DNA of 64,000 bases. It comes from Prasinococcaceae sp. CCMP 1430 (taxonomy: Eukaryota > Plantae > Prasinodermophyta). Below the pieces are notes generated by a model. That model had not been told where the DNA came from and did not search any database. It was given only the letters and a program-made list of their open reading frames with translations. Position 1 is the stretch's first letter. The number at the start of each line of letters is the position of its first letter. Location of the stretch: positions 62,001 to 126,000 of the forward strand of contig RQSC01000012.1 in assembly GCA_013416795.1 (NCBI GenBank), in the 5' to 3' direction. Shown here in pieces: positions 45,001 to 54,794 of this stretch. Made by a program: the position numbers and the translations under genes.

Positions 45001-46512
45001 CGGGCGCGGCACGGCGACGAGTGGCGCGGCATCGCGCCGTTCGAGGGCGGCAGGCACTTCGTGCTGCTGCAGGCGGCGGGATGGTCGTGCGTGTCGAGTG
45101 CCCTGGTGCTCGCCATTGTGGACATCTTCGTCACGGGCCGCGCCGACACGACCGGCGTGGCGACCATCTACGGACTCCTCACGATGGCGGGCCACAGGGC
45201 GCTCGCAGACTCGCTCGACGTGTACCACCATCATCCTGCTGGCCAGGGCGCACTGCCACCGACGGGCCCCATTCTCAATCCGCCCAGGCGTCGCGCCGCG
45301 TCGCAAAGGGACGGCGGGGACAGCACAAGGTCCGTCGGCAGTACCCGCAGCGGCGCGTGTGGCGTCTTGGCGCTGCTGTGGGACACCGCGTGCATGGGCG
45401 TGCGACAGACACCCCTGGGCTCGGTGGTCGCCTCGGCGAGCCTCATGCTGTTCGCGGTAGCCGATGCGATGCTCCTGATGGACGCGCGCGCGAGTGGAGC
45501 CGCACGCGGCGTGCCGCCCTCGCCGCACCTCCTTCCCGCGCTGGTGTGTGCGTCTGTGGCGATGCTCGGCAGCGGGCCGCTCGGCATGATGGCACGCGAG
45601 GGCACCGCTGCCAGGGGCGCGACCGGAGGTGCGCGGCTGCTGTACGACGGCGCGCCCGCCCTGCAGGTCTTCGGAGGCCTACTGTGGTCGTCGGCCACGG
45701 TGCTGCTGCTTACGCTCGTCGGCCACGCCGCCGTTGCGACGGCCGACAACGCCCACGGAGACGCCGAGGCCGCGCGTAGCTTGAAGGACGGGCTCGGGGC
45801 ATTCGCAATCTCAGCGGGCGCGGAGCACGCGCACGCGGACTACCCTCCGCCGGGCGTGTTCACCCTCTGCGCACTCGCGGGCTTGGCGGGTCAGGTGGCC
45901 ATTGCGGCGGCCGTCGGCGTCGATCGCGCCCTGACGCCGATGCAGCGCTTCCGGAGGCACGTCCTGAGGAGCCTCGGGCTGCGCGTCTGCACCGCATGCG
46001 GCGGCAGGACGCGACTCGGAGCTTGCTCGTGGGCCGTTGAGGCCGAACATGATGGCTCGGGGGCACCCAACGAGGCGCCCCGCCCCGCTCCTGGTCCCGG
46101 GTCGGGGCTGCTAGCGCGCAGCGTCCTCGCGGCGCGCGCGCACAACGCCTCCGCGCGCGCATGCCCGCTTCTCGCGCTTCCCACCGAGGTGCTGCACCGG
46201 ATCTGTGCCGAGGTTGCCGGCACGCCCACCGCTGCGACGGGCGGAGGGGACGAGCCGGAGGACTGGGCGGACGACGCGGGCGGCGTGAGCGCGGGCGCCG
46301 CCGCGGCGCTGCAGTGCGCGGCCGACGTGGCATCCCTCTCGTTGGTGTGTCGGCGGACGGCGGCGCTCACGCGCGTGCCCATGACGGCGGCGCGTGGCGC
46401 CGAGGGGAGGCGGAGGGAGGCGGAGCGCGACGCGCAGGCGCGCGCGCGCGCGCAGGCGCGCGTGCTCGCGTGGGTTCTGCCGGGCGTCATGCGCCCGCTG
46501 GTGATGCACTGA
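42019..46512 (+). CDS. ~1500-aa intronless multi-pass membrane protein with an internal triple repeat and C-terminal F-box-like motif; start uncertain
   Basis: 4.5-kb open frame with many hydrophobic helices; three copies of (Y/W)R.(W/Y/I).PF.GG..FV.(L/A)Q..GW; PLLALPTEVLHRIC...VASLSLVCRR near the C-terminus. Confidence 0.75.
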   Translation: MGFAGAFAALGALGVAAHACVDASVVLYVYDARGVIDDHDDHHEPASVELEGHKIQEERAQDSDATSAEAADTSSRVPDDTPAAAGGRAAAGAAANGEALFISRSLWFSRTRLGRLGAVLQASSAALLVLAALLARPPSTAAVVGLPDAFVRSLAAASGAGTALAACVAHGALGRGVLGARGYRLWAPFEGGCAFVCLQAVGWALLTVHHIALICVLPLGGFGGGDRGTVLLAAVGVGSAAVLALMASVGHFDGRETRHARALARRARALRQGPPRARARPILSTTSATSSADASTSSTPRSAPLPPASLSTAFAQAPTRGWCGESAVASCLLVASSAMASLLLLCRQRQDEGGGAAQGAVASSVKVALHRAHGIVGIGDSGCAGGADVGAGARAALRLVPMLALPMSYEWALRIACAAIHLAGPIAHFGGTRLHPPGVYRFYQPFKGGSAFVIAQTLGWCMYGVSALASLVTLSKSSSHAGGEVALDGQEVAALFPLAFLAQATLLASVPYFDPGATGADGVFRKSTSTEQDEDDVRNANALEHAPSRVQDVDARWRSSTEMPRARAQRAPRAAHAPTHARTRAPRHLLARARNDLGVGAQPAASGTLLSRWTADSMFALVLSCLAAVTVGGASAARLLPERLRAPLSAVAPDANLEAARAPLVAAAMAAYALALGVGVALGGTPEQRSICWMSKRRVLQQCFGFSLAVLAMIGQLVLLHNDGMAGIAGSAAVHTNEAFPVGSSAMVAAQSRSAAACLGLAFVQLLANWFVIASIATADSDVLERAAAKEAREAQARAQRLLRLCSAVARENATAALEEPVEQGERVARGGARIEATASVARALRQAAAVRSMRERPQLVSLLEALASDVTQSSDAATNSTTIAPARSTSLQQAGAMGLSAAAAAATPGDPSQHQRHNRAQLRRGTSLAVATGAVLLALLADAVQWDPRAHTTVASRVGPAVLSSTGAARVLLLGCATVAGSVAIVMVHFWAGRARHGDEWRGIAPFEGGRHFVLLQAAGWSCVSSALVLAIVDIFVTGRADTTGVATIYGLLTMAGHRALADSLDVYHHHPAGQGALPPTGPILNPPRRRAASQRDGGDSTRSVGSTRSGACGVLALLWDTACMGVRQTPLGSVVASASLMLFAVADAMLLMDARASGAARGVPPSPHLLPALVCASVAMLGSGPLGMMAREGTAARGATGGARLLYDGAPALQVFGGLLWSSATVLLLTLVGHAAVATADNAHGDAEAARSLKDGLGAFAISAGAEHAHADYPPPGVFTLCALAGLAGQVAIAAAVGVDRALTPMQRFRRHVLRSLGLRVCTACGGRTRLGACSWAVEAEHDGSGAPNEAPRPAPGPGSGLLARSVLAARAHNASARACPLLALPTEVLHRICAEVAGTPTAATGGGDEPEDWADDAGGVSAGAAAALQCAADVASLSLVCRRTAALTRVPMTAARGAEGRRREAERDAQARARAQARVLAWVLPGVMRPLVMH

Positions 46513-46641
46513 AGTGAGTGCGTCCTTCATGGTCAAGACATTGTTGGTCAAGAAATTGTTATCGTACATACAGATGCGTGTGCGCACGCGCGCGTGTGTG
46601 CGAGCGCGTGCACAGTGACGCTGCGCGCGCGCGTGCGCGCG

Positions 46642-47571
46642 CTACGCAGTCGTGGCCTCGCCCGCCCTCGCCGCGTCGGGAGCGCCGCTCCCACCAGCAC
46701 CCCCGGGGCCACCCCCCCCCTGACCGTCGTCGACCACGAGGTGGCCGTGCACCTGCTTGGACTCGACCCACCCGGCCGCGCTCGGCGGCCACGCGCGCGC
46801 GAACACGACGCCCTTGAGCATCGCGCGCGGCACGGGCCCGTAGTAGCGGCTGTCGGTGCTGTTGTGGAGGTTGTCGCCTGGCGAGCGCGCGACGGCGACG
46901 GCGCACGCGCGCGGCTGGGTGAGCACGAGCTCTCTCGCGCACTCGAGCACGCGCGCCACGCAACGCACAGGCATAAGCACACACACGTAACACGAGTGCA
47001 CTCGCGCGCGCGCACACGCACGCACGCACACGAGCGCTCCCTCCAGCACACGGCGCGCCGCGCGCCCTCACCCTGCAGCCACACGTGCCCGCCGGGAACG
47101 GTGATGCACGCCCCGTCGGGCAGCGCCCCGCGGCCGGCCGCCGCGGGGGCGCCGCCGTGATCCACGCGCACCGTCTGGCCCTCGACGGCCAGCACGCGCT
47201 TCACGACGTCGTTGCGCGGGTCGGTGGGCGAAGCGGCAACCACCTGCGTGGCCACAGTGCGCGTGCGCGTGCATGTGTGTGCGCGTGTGCGTTAGCGCAC
47301 GTTTGCACGCGGCGTATGCGTACGCGCTCGCGTATGTGTGCGCTTGGCGAGGCGCGCACGCACCACGTCGCCGGCTCCGATGGCATCGACGGCCGCGACG
47401 GTCTTGTTGCTGACGCAGATGTCTCCGCGCGCGTTGAACGTCGGCAGCATGGACGGCCCAACGCTGTGGTGCAGCTCGCCGACGTACGCCTGCGTGCCAT
47501 AGAGCAGCGCCGCCGCGCGCAGCAGGCCCGGCGCGAGCTCGGCGGCGTCGCGCAGCGCGGCGCCCAGCGCC
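46642..47571 (-). CDS. IMP1: Mitochondrial inner membrane peptidase subunit 1 (S26), multi-exon
   Basis: GPSMLPTFN (catalytic Ser), [13 protein letters not shown] (catalytic Lys), VP.GHVWLQG|[16 protein letters not shown]. Confidence 0.88.
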
Positions 47572-47946
47572 TGAGTGTTTCATGGAAGACCTGGTCGCAG
47601 TCGGCACGAGCCAGTTTGCCCGCGCGCGCGGTGTGGCGCACACAGCGTGTGATACAATTAGTTTTGATATACATTATGAACCCTCTTAAAAATACCCTAA
47701 ACAAAACTGTTCAATGACCATTGACGCAAGACCGCTGGCAGCGTGCTCGCGCGCACACACACGCGCGCGCACACACACGGGCGCGCGCACACACACGCGC
47801 ACACAGACCCACGCACCCACCACGTGCATGCGCGCGTGCGTGCGCCGACACGCGCCAACACACGCGCGGCGCCGCTTCCGTGAGAAGCTCCCTTACAGTA
47901 CAGTACAGGGACAACTCCCGTCCGCGCGTGCCACACCGCCCCTTCG

Positions 47947-48365
47947 TCAGACGGCCTCCTGGGCGCCGCCGCCGGCGACGGCACGGGCTCGAGCGCCCTC
48001 CTCGCCGCCGAGGCGTTTTCCGAGGCGTTCGCCGGCGCGCTCCTCCTTCGGGTCCTCCACGCCCACCCCGCTGCCGCCGCCTTCGTTCGCGCCGTCGTCG
48101 GCGCCTGGGCCGAGGGCGGGCTCGAAGAGCCACACGGCGGCGACCCACAGCCCCACGGCGACGCACTGCACCAGCAGGAGGTAGCCGACGGCGTCCATCC
48201 GCCACGCCTGCGCCGCGGCGGTGGTGAGGCACTGCGACGACGCGATGAAGGTCACCGCCGCCATGCTGGCGACCTGCGAAGGCACGCGGCCGTCCGTGCG
48301 TGCGTCCGTTCGCGGCGCGCGGCGAGACGTCCGCGGCTCCTCCGGCCGAGTCAGTCAGCAACAAT

Positions 48366-48431
<66 letters not shown>

Positions 48432-49112
48432 AATGCTCGCTCGCCCGCCCGCCCGCCCGCCCGCACGCACCAGCGAGTACGCCGCGACGGCTCCCGAAAA
48501 CCGCAGCAACCCCGCGGCGAGCATGAGCGCGCCGTGCGCCGCGTGCGCCAGCGCGGCGTGCTCGCCCGACTGGTGCTGGCTGTGCACCGCCATCATGAAG
48601 GCGGTCGCCGCGTACGGCACGAGCATGTGCACGCCGCAGACGAGGCCGCGGCGGAGCAGCACGCGGCCCAGCGCGCCGCTGGCCACCCACAGGAGCGCCT
48701 GGAAGGTGTGCTGCTGGTCCTTCATGGAGCGCATGTCCAGCGACCTGTGTCCACGTGTGTGCGGGTGCCCGTGTCAGCGCTCATCACGCGCGTGGGCGCG
48801 TAGGCGCGCCTGCGCGCGTGCGCGCGCGTGCGTACCTGCCGCCGCCCGCGCCGGGCAGCAGGCCGAGGTCGCGCAGGGCGCCGCCGCCCTCGCCCACCGT
48901 GAAGATGAGCAGGAAGGTGAGACCGAGCGCCGACATCAGCCGGCTCTCCTGCGCCTGCAGCGCAGCGCGCAGCGCGCGCAACGCCTGCGGGGAGGAGGTG
49001 CGGGAGGTGCCCAGCGGCCTTTGTGTGTGTGTGTGTGCGCGTGTGTATGTGCGTACATGTGTGTGTGTGTGTGTGTGTGCGTGTGCGCGCGTGCGTATGT
49101 GCGTGCGTGTTT

Positions 49113-49173
<61 letters not shown>

Positions 49174-49982
49174 TGTGTGTGTGTGCGTGTGTGTGTGAGC
49201 GGTGGTGCGTCAGATGTCCGTATAAGCATGGCGCGCGCTAACATGGCGTGCGCGCGCCGCGCAACACACCTCGCGGGGGAGGAGCAGGCGAGGGCGGAGG
49301 CTGCCCCGCGCGCTGCAGGCGCAGCGTACGCGGCGGAGAGCACCGCCACGCCGAGCACGAACCCCCCAGGGGCGAGGTGGCCCAGCTCCTGGTGCACCAC
49401 CCTGTCGGCGCCGTAGGCGGCGTTGCGCAGGCAGCCCGCGGCGGACCACACGCCGCTCAGCGACGCCAGGAAGGCGGCGCCCACGCACAGCGCCGCGCAC
49501 CAGCGCCAGCCGGAGGCGCGGAAGCCGCACAGCCAGCGGCCGGACGCCCTCAGTGCCCCCTCCAACGCCGAAGACGCGCAAGCTAGCGCCGTCACTGGCA
49601 ACGCCCTTGCGTGTGTGTATGTGTGTGTGTGCGTGTGTGTGTGTGCGTGCGTGCGTGCGCGCGAGTCAGGCGTGTGTGCATGCATGTGTGCAAGCGCGCA
49701 TGTGCGCATATGTGTGTGAGTGCGTGAGCGCGCAGTCGGCGCGACGGACTTCTTGGAGCTCTTGGCCTGCGACGACAGCCGCGCGTCGGGCGTGCGTGCG
49801 TGCGTGCGTGCGTGCGCGCCTGCGTCAGTTGCGCGCCCACACGCGCGCTCGTGCATGTGTGCACGCCTGTGTATACACACACACACACACGCGAGCGCAC
49901 GCACACACACACACACGCGCGCGCACGCACGCACACACACACGCACACGCACACGCACCGCGCCGGCCCCCGCGTCGGGCAT
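47947..49982 (-). CDS. YTP1-like His-rich multi-pass membrane protein; about 5 exons
   Basis: [49 protein letters not shown]..., [17 protein letters not shown] and VTFIASS...DAVGYLLL match my recollection of the Ytp1 C-terminal domain; TGTAA at 47897-47893. Confidence 0.6.
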
Positions 49983-50191
49983 CGCTGCGCGGCAGACCAC
50001 CCCCGCGGCGACCCAGGTGGCGCGAACGCGCGCCCGCACTGCGCACGCGCGCTTTTTCCTGCAGCGGAACAGTACCAAGGCAGGTGGCAATGCTGCATTT
50101 CTTCTTTGGCGCGGGTGCGGGCATGCTGCGTCGCGCGTGTGGTCTGGTACATCACCCGCACGCGCGCGGCTGGCGCTGTGACGGACGGAAC

Positions 50192-51799
50192 ATGGTCCCA
50201 CCGCCTACCCCACCGCCCGTGGCGCCTCCCGCCCCCGGGCCGAGCACCTCTTCTAACCTTAAGGAGGCTGGCGAATATCTCAACGGCGTGCTGCAACAGC
50301 AACTCGAGACGTTGAGCAACGAAGCGTTCGAGACAAGCCTTGTTGTGGCGGACACATACAAAAGACTCGGCTGCGTGTACCAGGTGCAGGGCCGCCTGTC
50401 CGAGGCGCTGGAGATGTACGAACGCGACAAGACCATCACGCGCGCGGCGCTCGGGGAGGTGGAGTTCGAGACGAGCCTGAATGCGGCGAGCACATACCAC
50501 AACATCGGCACCGTGTACCAGGTGCAGGGCCGCCTGTCCGAGGCGCTGGAGATGTACGAGCGGAGCCATGTTATCATGCGCGCGGCGCTCGGAGAGGAGG
50601 CGTTCGAGACGAGCCTGGATGCGGCGGAAACATTCAACTGCATCGGCATCGTGTACAAGGCGCAGGGTCGCCTGACCGAGGCGCTGGAGATGTACGAGCA
50701 GAGCCAGGACATTAGGCGCGCGGCGCTCGGAGAGGAGGAGTTCGAGAAGAGCCTAGATGCGGCGAACACATACAACAACATCGGCAACGTGTACAAGGCG
50801 CAGGGCCGCCTGTCAGAGGCGCTGGAGATGCACGAGCTGAGCCAGGACATCAGGCGCGCGGCGCTCGGAGAGGAGGCGTTCGAGACGAGCCTGGATGCGG
50901 CGGGCACATTCAACAACATCGGCAGCGTGTATAGGGTGCAGGGCCGCCTGTCTGAGGCGCTGGAGATGCACGAGCGGAGCCAGGACATCAGGCGCGCGGC
51001 GCTCGGAGAGGAGGCTTTTGAGAAGAACCTGGATGCAGCGATCGCATACAACAACATCGGCGAAGTGTATCGGGTGCAGGGCCGCCTGTCCTTGGCGCGG
51101 AAGATGTACGAGCGGAGCCAGGACATCACTCGCGCGGCGCTCGGAGAGGAGGCGTTCGAGACGAACATGAGTGTTGCGATCACATACAACAACATCGGCG
51201 AAGTGTACAAGGCGCAGGGTCGCCTGTCCGAGGCGCTGGAGATGTACGAGCGGAGCCTGGCCATCACGCGCGCGGTGCTCGGAGAGGAGGCGTTCGCGAC
51301 GAGCCTGGATGCGGCGGACACATACAACAACATCGGCGAAGTGTACAAGGCGCAGGGTCGCCTGTCCGAGGCGCTGGAGATGTACGAGCGGTGCCAGACC
51401 ATGATGCGCGAGGTGCTCGGAGAGGAGGCGTTCTTGACGAGCCTGGATGTTGCGTATACGGACCACAACATCGGCAAAGTTCACCATGCCCAGAACCACC
51501 TGCCCGAGGCCCTGGAGATGTTCAATCACAGCCTCGACATCACGCGTGATAAGTTGGGCGAGGAGGTGTCCCCATACATTGGACTATATATCAGCAGCAC
51601 TGGCCTCGTTTACATTGACCAGGGTGACCTTGACGACGCCGAGACTTCTCTGCGAAAGGCTTTGGCCATCTTTGAGGCTGCGGGCCTCGTTGCGGAGCAC
51701 GAATATGTTAGGGAAGCCCGCAGCGGTCTGGAACGTATCGACGAGCGTAGCTTCGTCATCGTTGGCCGTGAAAGATTGGAACCTTGGGGGTCTTCTTGA
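50192..51799 (+). CDS. Intronless kinesin-light-chain-type TPR array protein (about 9 x 46-aa repeats plus a degenerate one)
   Basis: Repeated ETSLDAAxTYNNIGxVYKAQGRLSEALEMYERSQDIRRAALGEEAF; 138-bp periodicity (for example GAGGCGCTGGAG at 50402 and 50540). Confidence 0.9.
   Translation: MVPPPTPPPVAPPAPGPSTSSNLKEAGEYLNGVLQQQLETLSNEAFETSLVVADTYKRLGCVYQVQGRLSEALEMYERDKTITRAALGEVEFETSLNAASTYHNIGTVYQVQGRLSEALEMYERSHVIMRAALGEEAFETSLDAAETFNCIGIVYKAQGRLTEALEMYEQSQDIRRAALGEEEFEKSLDAANTYNNIGNVYKAQGRLSEALEMHELSQDIRRAALGEEAFETSLDAAGTFNNIGSVYRVQGRLSEALEMHERSQDIRRAALGEEAFEKNLDAAIAYNNIGEVYRVQGRLSLARKMYERSQDITRAALGEEAFETNMSVAITYNNIGEVYKAQGRLSEALEMYERSLAITRAVLGEEAFATSLDAADTYNNIGEVYKAQGRLSEALEMYERCQTMMREVLGEEAFLTSLDVAYTDHNIGKVHHAQNHLPEALEMFNHSLDITRDKLGEEVSPYIGLYISSTGLVYIDQGDLDDAETSLRKALAIFEAAGLVAEHEYVREARSGLERIDERSFVIVGRERLEPWGSS
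50330..51570 (+). repeat. 138-bp coding minisatellite (TPR units)
   Basis: High nucleotide identity between units is directly visible. Confidence 0.92.
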
Positions 51800-52103
51800 C
51801 TGTCTCGGTCTCGATCTTAGTGGTTGTACCAAGTATAGTAGTAGGTAGTGCACGCCAAGCACGCTTCGAGCCTACCGTTGTGCGTAGCCAGCGACGTCTG
51901 ACACCGTCAGTCATGAGAAGGAGTTTAAGGCAGGCGTTTCTTACGCCGGGACGGGATCAGTTACGGTTTCGAATATTACAAGACTAATCGCAAGCGCGCT
52001 CTCGTGCATGCCTGTGCGAATGCCAACACGCCACGCGCGCGCACGCGCAGCTGCACACGGTTCCCGCCGCGATAGCCATGTGCCGTATTATGATGCCCTT
52101 CCT

Positions 52104-52625
52104 TCAGCCCCCACTCGCGTCCACGGCGCTACCCACGCCAGACTCCAGCAGGAAGTCGAGGGCGGCGCACACGGCCGCGACCTGAGCGGCGTTGCACTGC
52201 TCCGGCGTCGCGCTCGGCGAGTCCGGGTAGACCTCGGTGGTGGTGGCGTATGGCGCGTTGGTCACGCCGGCGCACAGCCCCAGGGCGCTGGGCGGCGGGA
52301 TGCCGATGACGCCTTCCTGGATCACCTCCTCGCCGATGATCTTGCCGCCGGCGTCCGCTGGCGCGATGTGTGTCACGGCGCGCACCGCCTCGATGATCGC
52401 TGCTTGCCACGCCGCCTGCGGGTTGGTGCTGTCCGCAACGAGATAGAAGCCGTCGGGAATCTCGTCCCTTGGGGGGCTCACCTCGCCGTCGCGTGCTGCC
52501 TTGGCGGGCCGGAACTCGGTCTCGTCGGTGTCGGTTGTCTCGTGCAGATCCACGTGGCACGTCCACTGCGCCACGCCCAGCGACTTCAGCAGCATTACTT
52601 CATCAGCGCGTTGAGGACGAAGCAC
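52104..52625 (-). pseudogene. C-terminal half of a bacterial-type M14 metallocarboxypeptidase/desuccinylase-like protein; N-terminal half missing
   Basis: HVDLHETTDTDETEFRPA, IPDGFYLV, THIAPAD, LGLCAG and TTTEVYPDSP...EQCNAAQV; no HxxE-containing half upstream; apparent frame break near 52595. Confidence 0.6.
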
Positions 52626-52899
52626 TGCGGCCGCGCCGGCGAGGGGCGGTCGGCGCAGGTCTCGCTGCTAGCGGGGTCGTCCTTGCTTGAGCCCTCCCTC
52701 TGGCCCCGCGAGCCCCACCCGTGCGCCCGTCGCGGCCGCTCCAGCCTGCGGCGCCTCGCTGCCCCTGCGCTCGAAGAAGAAGGCGCGTTTTCTTTTTTAC
52801 CTTTTTTGCAATCAAAAAATGAAAAATAAAAGCACGTTCGCGCCAGTCGCGCGCCAGCGCGCGCGCGCCACACGCCGCGCCGTGCCGCAGCCCAGTGCC

Positions 52900-54520
52900 G
52901 CGGTTCCGCCGAGGAGGGCGAGGCCGAGGCGGAGGCGCAGGCGACGCGCGTGGCGCTGGCGGTCGAGTACTCCGGCGGCGCCTTCTCCGGGTGGGAGCGC
53001 AAGCCCGGCGACGTGCGCACCGTGCAGGGCGCCCTCGAGCGCGCCGCGCAGAGCGCGGGGCTGGTGGCGTCGAGCGGCGGTGAGGGCGAGCGCGCGCGCT
53101 CTCGTGCGCTCGCGCACGCGCACGCACACGCCAATGCGCGCGCGCACACACGCGCGCACACGTGCGCGTACGTGCATGCTCTCTTCGACGTGCCGTATGA
53201 GGCGCGCGCGCACACACACCACGTACACACACGCGCGCACGTGCGCATCTGACGCACACACACACACACACACACACGCGCGCACGGGCACACCAACTTG
53301 CTCGCAGGGGAGGCTGAGGGCGCGGTGGTGGTGGGCTCGAGCCGCACGGACGCGGGTGTGCACGCGGCGCGCAACGTGTGCCACCTCGACCTTCCCGCGG
53401 GCTGCCGCGTGCCCGCCGGCGCGGTCGCGCGCGCGCTCATTGGAGCGATTCCGGCTGCCGGCATCGCTGCTGCTGCAGCTGGAGCCGGGGGCGCCGGTGG
53501 CGGCGGTGGCGGCGGCGTGCGCGTGCTGCGGTCGGCGCCGTCGCCACACGAGGGCTGGCACGCGCGAGCACACGCAGCGCGGCGACGGTACAGGTGCGGT
53601 GTGTTTGTATGTGTGCGTGTGTGGTGTGTGTGTGCACGCGCGCGCGCGTGTGTGTGTGCATTTGCACGCACTGGCTCCTCCGCCCAGAGACACACGTGCT
53701 CACGCACATCTGACGCACACGCGCGCACACACACACTTGCACGCGCGCCCACACAACCACGCACGAACACACACGCACACACACGCGCACGTACGCGCGG
53801 ACACACACACACCCGCGCGCGCGTTCACACAGGTACCTCCTACGCGCCTCCCCAGCGCCCGCGGACTCCTTCTGGGACGCCTACGCGTGGCGCTGCGCCT
53901 CGGCGCCGCTCGACGTCGGGGCCATGTGCGCCGCGGCGGAGGCGCTGCGCGGCGACGTGCGCCTCGGCGCCTTCGTCAAGCGCGAGCGCCACCGCCACCT
54001 GCGTGCAGGTATTGGCTGCGCGGCGCGCGCACACACACGCATACACACACACACGCGAGCACGCGCCCTTCAAAGCGGACTCCTACGTGCACACGCGTAT
54101 CTGACGCAGGGGGGCTCACACACGCACGCACACGCACACACGCACACAGGCGCGGGCGAGGCTCCTGAGGTGCCCGCGTACGAGACGCACGTGTCGGACG
54201 TGTGCGTGTACGCCGCCGAGTCGCTGCCCGGCGTGGTGGTGGTGGAGCTCGAGGCGAGCCGCTTCTTCTACTCGACGGTGCGGCTGCTCGTGTGGGAGCT
54301 CGCGCGCGTGGGCAGGGGCCAGAGCAGCGCCGCGGACTTCGCGGCGCTCGTAGCCGCGGGTGCGGCGGGGCGCGCGGAGGTCACTTCGGCGGCGCCCGCG
54401 CACGCGCTGTGCCTGCTTCGCGTGTGCTACGACGCGCCGCACGACCCCTTCGGCGGGGAGGAGCTGGGGACGGACTTTCCGCTCTTCGCGCAGGGGCCGC
54501 TCGAGGGCTTCTGCGCGTAG
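52900..54520 (+). CDS. truA: tRNA pseudouridine synthase TruA family, multi-exon; start not located
   Basis: RVALAVEYSGGAFSGW...TVQGALE, GSSRTDAGVHA (catalytic Asp), WHAR...RRYRY, ASRFFYSTVR and APAHALCL..V.YD. Confidence 0.88.
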
Positions 54521-54794
54521 CACGCGGGAGCGCGCACGCCACGGCGCAGGCAGGGAGTGTGTGTGGGAGAGGGGGGCTTGCGCGCGCGAGCGCACACACC
54601 CATACACACGTACACACGCACACACACACAGAAACACGCAAGTACGCAAACACAAACACAAACTCACACTCACACACACACGCACGTGCACGCACGCGAG
54701 CGCCGGCCGTGCGTGCGCGTGGGCACCGGAGGGGTAATACACGCGAGCATGAATTGTCGCCAGCGGAGCAGAGCATCTCGGCGCGCTCGGCCGG

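Noticed and set aside
50152-51529. Repetitive minus-strand ORFs
   Set aside because: Antisense of the TPR array.
50330-51570. Regular repeats as a possible CRISPR array
   Set aside because: The repeats are in-frame coding units with no unique spacers, in a eukaryotic context with no cas genes.
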